DNA from: Kineococcus radiotolerans SRS30216 = ATCC BAA-149
GTDB taxonomy: Bacteria > Actinomycetota > Actinomycetes > Actinomycetales > Kineococcaceae
Assembly: GCF_000017305.1 (NCBI RefSeq)
Contig: NC_009664.2
Coordinates: 3,090,001 to 3,122,000, forward strand
Direction: 5' to 3'
DNA length: 32,000 nt
Position 1 is the stretch's first letter. Each line of letters opens with the position of its first letter. Under the pieces are notes generated by a model that was not told the DNA's origin, made no database searches, and saw only the letters and a program-made list of their open reading frames with translations. The position numbers and the translations under genes are program-made. Positions 19,986 to 31,699 of this stretch are shown here, piece by piece.

Positions 19986-20690
19986 GTGCGGACAGCGGTG
20001 CGAGCGGTGCACGGACGGGACGTGCCGCCGGCGACGGCCGCTCGGCGGGTGAGCGCCCCCTCGTGGCGGGACCCGCGGCTGCTGGTGGGCGTCGTGCTGG
20101 TGCTGGCCAGCGTCGTCCTCGGCGCCCGGGTGGTCAGCGCCGCGCAGCAGACGGCGAGCGTCTGGGCGTTGTCCCGGGCCGTCGGCGCAGGCCAGCCGGT
20201 CACCGCGGCCGACCTGCGCGTCGCCGAGGTGCACCTGGACGCGGGCACGTCGCCGGCCTACGTCCCCGCCTCCGCCGAGCTCGCCCCGGACCTGGTGGCC
20301 CTGCGCGGCCTGGCCCCGGGCGAACTCCTCCCGCGGGCGGCGCTCGGCCGCACCGGCGACCTCACCTCCCGTCCGGTGACGGTCCCCGTGACCGGCAACG
20401 TCCCGCGCGGGGTGGAGGTCGGCGCCCTGGTGGACGTGTGGGTCGTGCGCCCCGGTGACCCCTCCGGGCTCGCGGACCCCGCCGAACCGGAGCGGGTCGT
20501 GGGGGCCGCGGAGGTCTCGGCCGTGGTCACCGGCGGGGGCGGGCTGAGCGCGCGCTCGGGCGCGGACGTCCAGGTGCTCGTCCCCCAGGACGCGATGGCG
20601 GCGCTGCTGCAGGCGGGTTCCGACGGCCACGACGTGGTCCTGGTGCCCCTCCCCGGCGCGGGCGCGGCGGCGACCGGGGCGCGCTCGTGA
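19986..20690 (+). CDS. SAF-domain / CpaB(RcpC)-like protein
   Basis: 234 aa. GTG 19986 follows GGAGGA (19977-19982). N-terminal TM span LLVGVVLVLASVVLGARVV, then QPVTAADLRVAEV...LAPGELLPRAAL, typical of SAF/CpaB-like proteins. GTGA-coupled to the next gene. Confidence 0.7.
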   Translation: MRTAVRAVHGRDVPPATAARRVSAPSWRDPRLLVGVVLVLASVVLGARVVSAAQQTASVWALSRAVGAGQPVTAADLRVAEVHLDAGTSPAYVPASAELAPDLVALRGLAPGELLPRAALGRTGDLTSRPVTVPVTGNVPRGVEVGALVDVWVVRPGDPSGLADPAEPERVVGAAEVSAVVTGGGGLSARSGADVQVLVPQDAMAALLQAGSDGHDVVLVPLPGAGAAATGARS

Positions 20691-21985
20691 CGCTGCCGGT
20701 CGCGGTGTCGGTGCCGGGGTCGGCGGAGGCGAGGCTGCTGGCGGGGTGGGAACCGCTGCGCCGGGAGCTGGTGGTGGTGCGCCGCTGCCCGGACGTGGCG
20801 GACCTGCTGGCGGCGGCCGGGGCCGGGCTGGTCCGGGCCGTCGTGGTGGGGGCCGACCTGCCCGGCTGCGACAGCGAGACGGTGGAGGCGTTCCGCCGCT
20901 GGGGCGTGGCGCTGCTCGTCCTGCTGCCCGAGGGGGCCGGGGGCGAGGCCGCCGAACGGCGGTGGCGGGCGGTCGGCGCGCTGCGCTTCGCCGGCGAGGA
21001 CCGTCCCGCCGCCGACCTGGCGCGGGAGGTCGCCCTGGCGGTGGAGGCGGTGCGGGCCGAGGACGGCGGGGACGGGGACCCGCGGGGCGGGGCCGCTGAG
21101 CCGGCGCCCGGTCCGCTGGGGCCCGCCGTCCCGGGGCGGACGGTCGCGGTCTGGGGACCCCACGGCTCGACGGGGCGCACGACGGTGGCGGTGAACCTCG
21201 CCGCGGAGCTCGCCCTGGCCGACCAGGCCGTCCTCCTGCTCGACGCCGACACCCGGGGGGCGGCGGTGGGGCAGGTGCTCGGCCTCCTCGACGAGGCCCC
21301 GGGGCTGCTCGCGGCGCTCCGGTCCGCCGCCGACGGCCGGCTCGACGTCGCCGCCCTGCGCCGGCACGCCGCCGCCGTCGCACCGGGGCTGGCGGTCCTC
21401 ACCGGATCCGGGGACCCCGCGCGCTGGAGCGAGGTCAGACCCGCCGCCTTCCGCCGGGTGCTCGAGGTCGGCGCCGCGGGCCACGATTGGACGGTGGTGG
21501 ACCTGCCCGGGGGGACCGACGACCTGCCGGACGGGTTCGACGGCGGGCGCGGTCGGGACGCGGTGACGGCGGCGACGCTGGAGGCGGCCGAGGTCGTCAT
21601 CGTGACGGGGACCGCCGACCCCGTCGGGCTGCAGCGCTTCCTGCGCACCTGGCAGCGGATGCCGGAACTGGCTCCGGACGCGCTCGTGCTCCCCGTGGTG
21701 ACGCGGGTCCGGGCGTCGGCGGTGGGTGGGTCCGCGGCGCGCCGCACGACGAGCGCGCTCCACCGCCTCGGTGGTGTCGAGGCCCCGGTCCTCCTGCCCG
21801 AGGACGAGGCGGCGGACACCGCGCTGCTCGCGGGCCGCACCCTGGCCGAGGTCGCCCCGCGCAGCGGCCTGCGCCGCGCCGTCCGCCGGCTGGCGGAGCA
21901 CCTGGAGGCGGTCGTGGACCTCCCGGAGGACACCGCGGACCTGTCGGCCGACCCAGGATTTGACCGGCTGCTGGCCCGCCGTTAA
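20687..21985 (+). CDS. TadZ/CpaE/Ssd-like ParA-MinD family protein with pseudo-receiver N-domain and non-canonical P-loop
   Basis: 432 aa. The N-terminal ~90 aa is receiver-like. The P-loop region VAVWGPHGSTGRTTVAVNLAAELA (21155-21184) aligns to GSKGGVGKTT with both lysines replaced (His and Arg). LLLDADTRG and VVDLPGG are consistent with a ParA/MinD fold. Confidence 0.72.
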   Translation: MTLPVAVSVPGSAEARLLAGWEPLRRELVVVRRCPDVADLLAAAGAGLVRAVVVGADLPGCDSETVEAFRRWGVALLVLLPEGAGGEAAERRWRAVGALRFAGEDRPAADLAREVALAVEAVRAEDGGDGDPRGGAAEPAPGPLGPAVPGRTVAVWGPHGSTGRTTVAVNLAAELALADQAVLLLDADTRGAAVGQVLGLLDEAPGLLAALRSAADGRLDVAALRRHAAAVAPGLAVLTGSGDPARWSEVRPAAFRRVLEVGAAGHDWTVVDLPGGTDDLPDGFDGGRGRDAVTAATLEAAEVVIVTGTADPVGLQRFLRTWQRMPELAPDALVLPVVTRVRASAVGGSAARRTTSALHRLGGVEAPVLLPEDEAADTALLAGRTLAEVAPRSGLRRAVRRLAEHLEAVVDLPEDTADLSADPGFDRLLARR

Positions 21986-22125
21986 CGTAGTTGTCACACC
22001 GCAGGGCGGAGAGGAACGGACGGGCAACCGGCCGGTCTCCGACTGGGGAGGGGACATCCCCCGACGACATCACCAGCCGCCGGCGCTCAACCGCGCCCAC
22101 CGGCTGCCGATGAAGACGGAGTGTC

Positions 22126-22153
22126 CTGACCGGGTCGAAACATCCGGTAAGTT
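22126..22153 (+). promoter_or_regulatory. Candidate rrn promoter (-35 CTGACC, 16-nt spacer, -10 TAAGTT)
   Basis: Hexamers at 22126-22131 and 22148-22153, about 300 nt upstream of 16S and upstream of the boxA-like leader motif. Identified by eye only. Confidence 0.3.
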
Positions 22154-22206
22154 GGACGACACCGCAGACAAGAGGCCACGGAAGTGGTCGACGGTCTCGC
22201 GTCCGG

Positions 22207-22230
22207 TTCTTGAGAACTCAACAGTGTGCC
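22207..22230 (+). promoter_or_regulatory. rRNA leader boxA-like conserved motif
   Basis: TTCTTGAGAACTCAACAGTGTGCC resembles the TTGAGAACTCAATAGTGTG element of mycobacterial and streptomycete 16S leaders. A related copy occurs in the 16S-23S spacer. Confidence 0.5.
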
Positions 22231-22453
22231 AAAAAGTGTTGATGCCATATGTATCAACCCCCAATGGCTGTTCATGTTCTGCTGCATCGTCTGGTGTGGT
22301 GGGGGTGGATGGTCGGGGATTCCTTTGGGATTGATCTCTGCCTCTTTCACGCCAGTGGGGGGTGGGGTTTTCGAGTCCAAGGGTCAACTATGAAGTGAAA
22401 TGATCTACATCGCTGACTGTTCCTTTCGGGGGTGGTTGGGGGTGGAAGGTTTT

Positions 22454-23978
<1,525 letters not shown>

Positions 23979-24352
23979 AGCATCAACCACACCTCACAGA
24001 CCACCGGCTCCGTCGTGGGTTGGTGGTGAGGGTGGGTGGGCCGGTTTCTTCGGACGTACGTTCCGGGGCCGGTGCTCAAGGGTGGAACATCAACACGATT
24101 CTTTCTGGCTTCTTCTGCTGTCAGTACCTCCCGCGTGCGGGAGTGGAACGCGGTGGGGAGTTCGGAAAGGGTCTGGCGCACTGTTGGGTCCTGAGGGACC
24201 GGCCGGCAACTCCGTCGAGTGATTGACGGGGTTGCGGGTGGTTTCTTGGTCTGGGCCTGCCTTGGTCATTCACATCGGCTTGCAGAGGGTTGTCACTTCG
24301 GTGGTGCTCTGCGGGTGCTGGTGGTGGTCGTTAGAGGTGGGTGCGGGTTGTC

Positions 24353-24383
24353 TGTTGAGAACTGCACAGTGGACGCGAACATC
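24353..24383 (+). promoter_or_regulatory. 16S-23S spacer boxA-like conserved motif
   Basis: TGTTGAGAACTGCACAGTGGACGCGAACATC is the motif commonly seen upstream of actinobacterial 23S. It shares the TTGAGAACT...CAGTG core with the 16S leader copy. Confidence 0.5.
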
Positions 24384-24578
24384 TTTTAGTAGTGGTGTTC
24401 GTCGAGTAGATAATCCTCTGATGATCGGACCGTTGCGTCCAGGGGCTCCTTCGTGGGTGTCTGGGTGGGTGGTCCGTGTCTTTGTGGTTTGGGTTCAAGT
24501 TTATCGCCTTGACCCGCATTGATCGTTCATCGCTGTTCTCGCTTCGGCGGGTGTGTGGTGGTGGGTGGTGTGTGGTGG

Positions 24579-27727
<3,149 letters not shown>

Positions 27728-27924
27728 CCACGCACCAGTCACCATCACTGCTGAGCAGTGCGGTGGGGTGTGGGGTTGAGGCGAGTACTTGAACGGTTAC
27801 GAGATCAAGCACCGCTGCTGGTGTTCGCGTCCATTGTGTGGTTCTCGGGAGAGAACTCGAACACACCACTCTTGCGCAGACTTTCGTCTGTCGGGGGTGG
27901 GGTGTGGTTTGATCCTGACCTTTG

Positions 27925-28045
27925 TGGTCCGGTGGTCATAGCGGTGGGGAAACGCCCGGTCTCATTCCGAACCCGGAAGCTAAGCCCACCAGCGCCGATG
28001 GTACTGCTCGGGAGACTGGGTGGGAGAGTAGGTCACCGCCGGCCA
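27925..28045 (+). rRNA. rrf: 5S ribosomal RNA
   Basis: GGTCCGGTGGTCATAGCGGTGGGGAAACGCCCGGTCTCATTCCGAACCCGGAAGCTAAGCCCACCAGCGCCGATGGTACTG...GGGAGAGTAGGTCACCGCCGG. Terminal helix forms between 27924-27935 and 28036-28046. Confidence 0.93.
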
Positions 28046-28065
28046 CTCACACTTGTGGTGAGAGG

Positions 28066-28102
28066 TGTGTGGGGAGCAGCCCGTACCGGGCTGCTCCCCA
28101 CA
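28066..28102 (+). terminator. rrn operon terminator-like hairpin (no U-tract)
   Basis: Perfect 17-bp stem GTGTGGGGAGCAGCCCG / CGGGCTGCTCCCCACAC with a 3-nt loop (TAC), 20 nt after 5S. It is followed by CCATATCC rather than a T-run. Confidence 0.6.
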
Positions 28103-28203
28103 CCCATATCCAGGGCCGTGAGACCCTGAACTGCTCAGACAATGAGCTCAACGTGAACAGTGACGAGGACACCGCGCGCAGCGCGGGTGGGTGGGAGATC
28201 GGC

Positions 28204-30105
28204 ATGGCTGAATCTGGTGCACGTGATCGCAACAGCGGTGGCGGCGACCGGCGTCCAGCCGGCGGCGGCCAACGTGGCGGACGCTCCGGCGCTCCGCGGA
28301 CGGGCGGCGGGTTCCGACCCTCCACCAGTGGTCCTCGTCGTGACGGTGGCGGCTCCGCGGGGCCGCGTTCCGGCAGTGAGAGCCGCAGCGGGAACGACGG
28401 CGACCGTCGTCCTGCCAGCGGAGGCGGTCAGCGTTCATCGCGTGACGCGTTCTCGGGGTCCGAGCGGGCGCAGCGCAACGATCGTCCTTCTCGTCCGGAT
28501 CGTGACGGCCGTCCGGCGCGCGACGGTGCGCGTTCCTACGGCTCTGACCGGCCCCAGCGCAGTGGTTCTCGCGACGAACGGTCCTTCCGCGGCGACCGCG
28601 ACCAGCGTCCGGCGCGCGACAGTGCCCGCTCCTACGGCTCCGACCGACCCCAGCGCAACGACTCCGCCGGGGATCGGCCCTTCCGCGGCGATCGCGACCA
28701 GCGTCCTGCGCGTGATGGTGCCCGTTCCTACGGTTCCGACCGCCCTCAGCGCGGTGGCTCCCGTGACGAACGGCCCTTCCGCGGCGGCCAGGACCAGCGT
28801 CCTGCCCGCGACGGCGCCCGCTCCTACGGCTCCGACCGACCCCAGCGCAACGACTCCGCCGGGGATCGGCCCTTCCGCAGCGATCGCGACCAGCGTCCTG
28901 CGCGCGACGGCGCCCGTTCCTACGGTTCGGAGCGTCCTCAGCGCAGTGACCGTGACCAGCGTCCGGCGCGTGATGGTGCCCGTTCCTACGGTTCCGACCG
29001 CCCTCAGCGCGGTGGCTCCCGTGACGAACGGCCCTTCCGCGGCGGCCAGGACCAGCGTCCGGCCCGCGACAGTGGTGGGCGTGCTCGTTCCGAGCGCCCT
29101 CATCGCGACGGTGACCGGACCGCCGGCAGCACCCGTCCGTCGCGTGGCGACGACCGTGGTCACCGCGAGGATCGTGGCCCCGCCCGCGGGGGAGCGGACC
29201 GGTCGCGCGACGACCGCCCCGCGCGTCCGTCGGGACCGCGGCTGCCGGAGGACGTCACGGGCAAGGAACTGGCCCCCGACATCCGTCGGTCGCTCTCGGG
29301 CCTGACCCCGGAGAACGCGGACATCGTCGCGAAGCACCTCGTGGCCAGCGGCCGTTTCGTGGACGTCGACGCCGAGCTCGCCTGGCAGCACGCGCAGGCC
29401 GCCCAACGGCGCGGTGGGCGCATCGCCGCCGTCCGGGAGGCTGCGGCGATCGCCGCCTACAAGGCGGGTCACTTCCGGGAAGCGCTCTCGGAGCTGCGCA
29501 CGGTTCGCCGGATGACCGGCGACGACAGCTACCTGCCGCTCATGGCGGACTGCGAGCGAGGGCTGGGACGCCCTGAACGTGCCCTGGACCTCGCGAGCTC
29601 GCGGGAAGCCGCCGGCCTGGACACCGAGGCCAAGGTGGAGATGCTCATCGTCGCGGCCGGGGCGCGTCACGACCTCGGTCAGCACGAGGCGGCGGTCGTC
29701 TCGCTGCAGGTCCCGCAGCTGCGCACCAACAGCCGTGCGAGCTGGCGGGCCCGGCTCTGGTACGCCTACGCCGACGCACTGATCTCCGTCGGTCGCGAGG
29801 CCGACGCCCGCGAGTGGTTGGTCCGGGCCGCCGAGGCCGACACCGACGGGGAGACCGACGCCTCCGAGCGTCTCGACGAGCTCGACGGCATCGTCTTCGA
29901 CGAGGAGTTCGACGACGACGTCGCCGCGGTCGACGACGAGTCCGACGACGACGAGTCCGACGACGACGAGTCCGACGACGACGAGTCCGACGACGACGAG
30001 TCCGACGACGACGAGTCCGACGACGACGAGTCCGACGACGACGAGTCCGACGACGACGAGTCCGACGACGACGAGTCCGACGACGAGCCGACGAGCGAAG
30101 GCTGA
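28204..30105 (+). CDS. Repeat protein: Arg/Asp/Gly-rich disordered N-region with 32-aa tandem repeats, TPR-like helical domain, poly(ESDDD) acidic tail
   Basis: ATG 28204 follows GGGAG (28193-28197). Track ORF 27922..30105 reads through the 5S gene and was trimmed. 633 aa. Residues ~103-301 carry 7 copies of RPARD[GS]ARSYGS[DE]RPQR-containing units. Residues ~345-565 are helical and TPR-like (AAIAAYKAGHFREALSEL...YAYADALISVGREADAREWLVRAAEAD). The tail is (ESDDD)n. Confidence 0.8.
   Translation: MAESGARDRNSGGGDRRPAGGGQRGGRSGAPRTGGGFRPSTSGPRRDGGGSAGPRSGSESRSGNDGDRRPASGGGQRSSRDAFSGSERAQRNDRPSRPDRDGRPARDGARSYGSDRPQRSGSRDERSFRGDRDQRPARDSARSYGSDRPQRNDSAGDRPFRGDRDQRPARDGARSYGSDRPQRGGSRDERPFRGGQDQRPARDGARSYGSDRPQRNDSAGDRPFRSDRDQRPARDGARSYGSERPQRSDRDQRPARDGARSYGSDRPQRGGSRDERPFRGGQDQRPARDSGGRARSERPHRDGDRTAGSTRPSRGDDRGHREDRGPARGGADRSRDDRPARPSGPRLPEDVTGKELAPDIRRSLSGLTPENADIVAKHLVASGRFVDVDAELAWQHAQAAQRRGGRIAAVREAAAIAAYKAGHFREALSELRTVRRMTGDDSYLPLMADCERGLGRPERALDLASSREAAGLDTEAKVEMLIVAAGARHDLGQHEAAVVSLQVPQLRTNSRASWRARLWYAYADALISVGREADAREWLVRAAEADTDGETDASERLDELDGIVFDEEFDDDVAAVDDESDDDESDDDESDDDESDDDESDDDESDDDESDDDESDDDESDDDESDDEPTSEG
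28510..29106 (+). repeat. In-frame 96-bp (32-codon) tandem repeat array, ~7 units, with 192-bp higher-order structure
   Basis: Unit starts at codons 103, 135, 167, 199, 231, 253 and 285; one unit is shortened to 66 bp. Exact DNA duplicates: 28624-28686 equals 28816-28878 (63 bp), and 28711-28802 equals 28969-29060 (92 bp). Confidence 0.9.
29932..30087 (+). repeat. Perfect 15-bp tandem repeat (TCCGACGACGACGAG, ~10.4 copies) encoding (SDDDE)n
   Basis: 156 bp with zero mismatches between units, read directly from the sequence. In frame; encodes 42 Asp/Glu and 10 Ser. Confidence 0.95.
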
Positions 30106-30110
30106 GCCGC

Positions 30111-30638
30111 GTGCGGGTGTACTGGCCGACGACGTTGGCGGAGCTGGCGCGGGTAGTCGGGGCGGGGGACCTCGCGCCGGCACCGGCGGTGGTGCACGCC
30201 GTCACCCGCACGCTGCGCGACTTCTACGCCGACGCCGATCCTCGTGACCTCGAGGAGGAGCTGGAGTACGTCGCGATGTCCGACGCGGCGGAGCAGTCGG
30301 TGCGCCTCCTCGGGCAGGACCCGTCCGCCGCGCCGCGCCGCGTGGTGCTGGCCCTCGACGTGGCGGACGACGCCGTCGAGGTCCAGCCCGACGCCGGGTG
30401 GGCCGCGCCGGAGCGGTCGCGGGTGACGGTGACGGTGCCCCTGTCCCTGGACGCGCTGGCCAGCGTCCACGTTGACGACGCCGAGGCGGAGGCCGACGTC
30501 CGGGCGGCCGTGGCGGTGTTGGCCGCGGCCGACGCCGGCGACGAGGACGCCCGGTTCACCGTGGAGGCCTGCGAGGGCCACGACCTGCTCTGGTACGACG
30601 CGAGCGAACTGCCCGTCCTGCTCGCCGTCGGTCCCTGA
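30111..30638 (+). CDS. Conserved acidic hypothetical protein
   Basis: Frame of track ORF 29814..30638, trimmed to GTG 30111, 5 nt after the upstream stop. 175 aa: VRVYWPTTLAELARVV...EEELEYVAMSDAAEQSVRLL...RRVVLALDV...DLLWYDASEL. High third-position GC. It resembles a family commonly found in actinobacteria, but I cannot name the family. Confidence 0.65.
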   Translation: MRVYWPTTLAELARVVGAGDLAPAPAVVHAVTRTLRDFYADADPRDLEEELEYVAMSDAAEQSVRLLGQDPSAAPRRVVLALDVADDAVEVQPDAGWAAPERSRVTVTVPLSLDALASVHVDDAEAEADVRAAVAVLAAADAGDEDARFTVEACEGHDLLWYDASELPVLLAVGP

Positions 30639-30647
30639 GGGGGTTCC

Positions 30648-31145
30648 TCAGCGGGACGACCACTCCCGGGCCAGCTCGACCTCGGAACGGATCAGGTCGA
30701 GCAGGCCCGGCAGCGCGGCCTTCTCCACCGAGCCGCCCAGCAGCGGCACCTTGACGGTCAGTGAGCCGGTGAGGTCGTGCGTGCAGCCGACGGCGTCGGG
30801 GGTCAGGGTGACCGTCGCGACCAGCTCCACCGGGGCGGAGCGGATGGTGAGGGTCAGCTGCGCCCGCCGGGAACCGTCGGCGCCCGCCGGTGCCCAGCGC
30901 TCCACCTGCTCCACCACGGCGCTCGCCCCGAGGAAGCGGGAGGCGGCCTGCGGCAACCGCTCGGTCCCGACGGTCCGCGACGTGGTGACGACCGTCGTGC
31001 CGCCCTCGACGGTGGTGGACTCCTCGTGGGCGAGGGCTCCGGAGCGTTCGGCGCGGGCGGCGAGGAACGCCGGGTCGACGAGGACGGCCCAGACGGCCTC
31101 CGGGTCGGCGGTGAACTGCGAGCGCTCGGAGAAGTTCGTGGGCAC
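30648..31145 (-). CDS. DUF2505-like (SRPBCC-fold) protein
   Basis: 165 aa, GTG start 31145-31143. FSERSQFTADPEAVWAVLVDPAFLAARAE...LTGSLTVKVPLLGGSVEKAALPGLLDLIRSEVELAREW matches my memory of DUF2505. Confidence 0.75.
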   Translation of the reverse strand: MPTNFSERSQFTADPEAVWAVLVDPAFLAARAERSGALAHEESTTVEGGTTVVTTSRTVGTERLPQAASRFLGASAVVEQVERWAPAGADGSRRAQLTLTIRSAPVELVATVTLTPDAVGCTHDLTGSLTVKVPLLGGSVEKAALPGLLDLIRSEVELAREWSSR

Positions 31146-31147
31146 GG

Positions 31148-31420
31148 TCAGTGGTTCCCTTCGCGAGTCAGGACGGCGAGCGGTGCGGCCAGGTCCCTGG
31201 CCAGGGCGGTCTCGACCTCGACCACCGCACCCGGCGGGGGAGGGGCGGGCAGCGCCCGCAGCCCCTCGGCGGCGACGTCCACCGCGTCGGCGGCCGCCCG
31301 GACGGCGACCGCGTCCTCCGGGTCCGGCAGGGCGGCCGCGGCGCGGCGCAGGCGCGAGGCCAGGGCGCGGAGCCCGGCGACGTCACCGCGGGCCGCGCCG
31401 ACGAGGTCGGTGACGGTCAC
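31148..31420 (-). CDS. Small hypothetical protein (90 aa)
   Basis: Frame of track ORF 31148..31915, trimmed to GTG 31420-31418 (GTGA overlap with the upstream small-ORF stop). Its stop lies 2 nt before the DUF2505 start. Nearly all third positions are G/C. No recognisable motif. Confidence 0.5.
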   Translation of the reverse strand: MTVTDLVGAARGDVAGLRALASRLRRAAAALPDPEDAVAVRAAADAVDVAAEGLRALPAPPPPGAVVEVETALARDLAAPLAVLTREGNH

Positions 31421-31587
31421 GGGCGCGACAGCAGTCCGTGCACGGCCGTCAGCAGGTCCAGGACCGCGGTCGTGGCGGCGGGGTCGCGCAGGTCGACGTC
31501 GGTGGCGGCCAGCTCCCGGGCCAGCGCGGCGCGCTCGGTCGGGGACGCGCCCGGGGGGCGTCGGACCGGCTCGCTGGTGATCGGCAC
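31417..31587 (-). CDS. Small hypothetical protein (56 aa), not in the ORF track
   Basis: Hand-translated: VPITSEPVRRPPGASPTERAALARELAATDVDLRDPAAATTAVLDLLTAVHGLLSRP. 54 of 56 codons end in G/C. Bounded upstream by an in-frame TAG (31597-31599). GTG 31587 sits exactly 6 nt downstream of a TAGAGT hexamer. Confidence 0.4.
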   Translation of the reverse strand: MPITSEPVRRPPGASPTERAALARELAATDVDLRDPAATTAVLDLLTAVHGLLSRP

Positions 31588-31599
31588 GCACCCACTCTA
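31587..31599 (-). promoter_or_regulatory. Candidate leaderless promoter: -10 TAGAGT, then N6, then GTG start
   Basis: On the minus strand, TAGAGT occupies 31599-31594, the spacer GGGTGC occupies 31593-31588, and GTG is at 31587-31585. Confidence 0.35.
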
Positions 31600-31699
31600 T
31601 GCACGCGTGCGCGCAGCGCCTCCGCGCGCCGCGCCCCCCCACCGCGGGGAGATCACCACTAGGGTGGGGGTGCGTTTCCACCCGCGAACCGGAGCAGTG

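Noticed and set aside
22366-22378. GGTTTTCGAGTCC, which resembles a tRNA T-arm (GGTTCGAGTCC).
   Set aside because: No complementary stem, acceptor arm or anticodon arm can be drawn around it. It lies in the 16S leader. tRNAscan-SE would settle the question.
27922-28203. N-terminal extension of the repeat-protein ORF (track start 27922).
   Set aside because: The extension reads straight through the 5S rRNA gene and the terminator hairpin. A Shine-Dalgarno-preceded ATG at 28204 is the plausible start; GTG 28153 remains a minor alternative.
28510-29106. Regularly spaced repeats that might be taken for a CRISPR array.
   Set aside because: The units are contiguous with no unique spacers, in frame inside a CDS, 96 bp long, and lack palindromic repeat structure. 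No cas genes are present.
29645-30211. Antisense ORF encoding (RRRRT)n, and plus-frame ORF 29814..30638 encoding (RRRRV)n.
   Set aside because: These are simply other-frame readings of the 15-bp (ESDDD)n repeat. The sense frame is continuous with the TPR-like domain and has proper codon bias.
30634-30651. Short hairpin CTGAGG-GGGTT-CCTCAG formed by the two converging stop codons, considered as a bidirectional terminator.
   Set aside because: The stem is only 6 bp with no flanking T/A runs. That is too weak to call as a feature without transcript 3'-end data.
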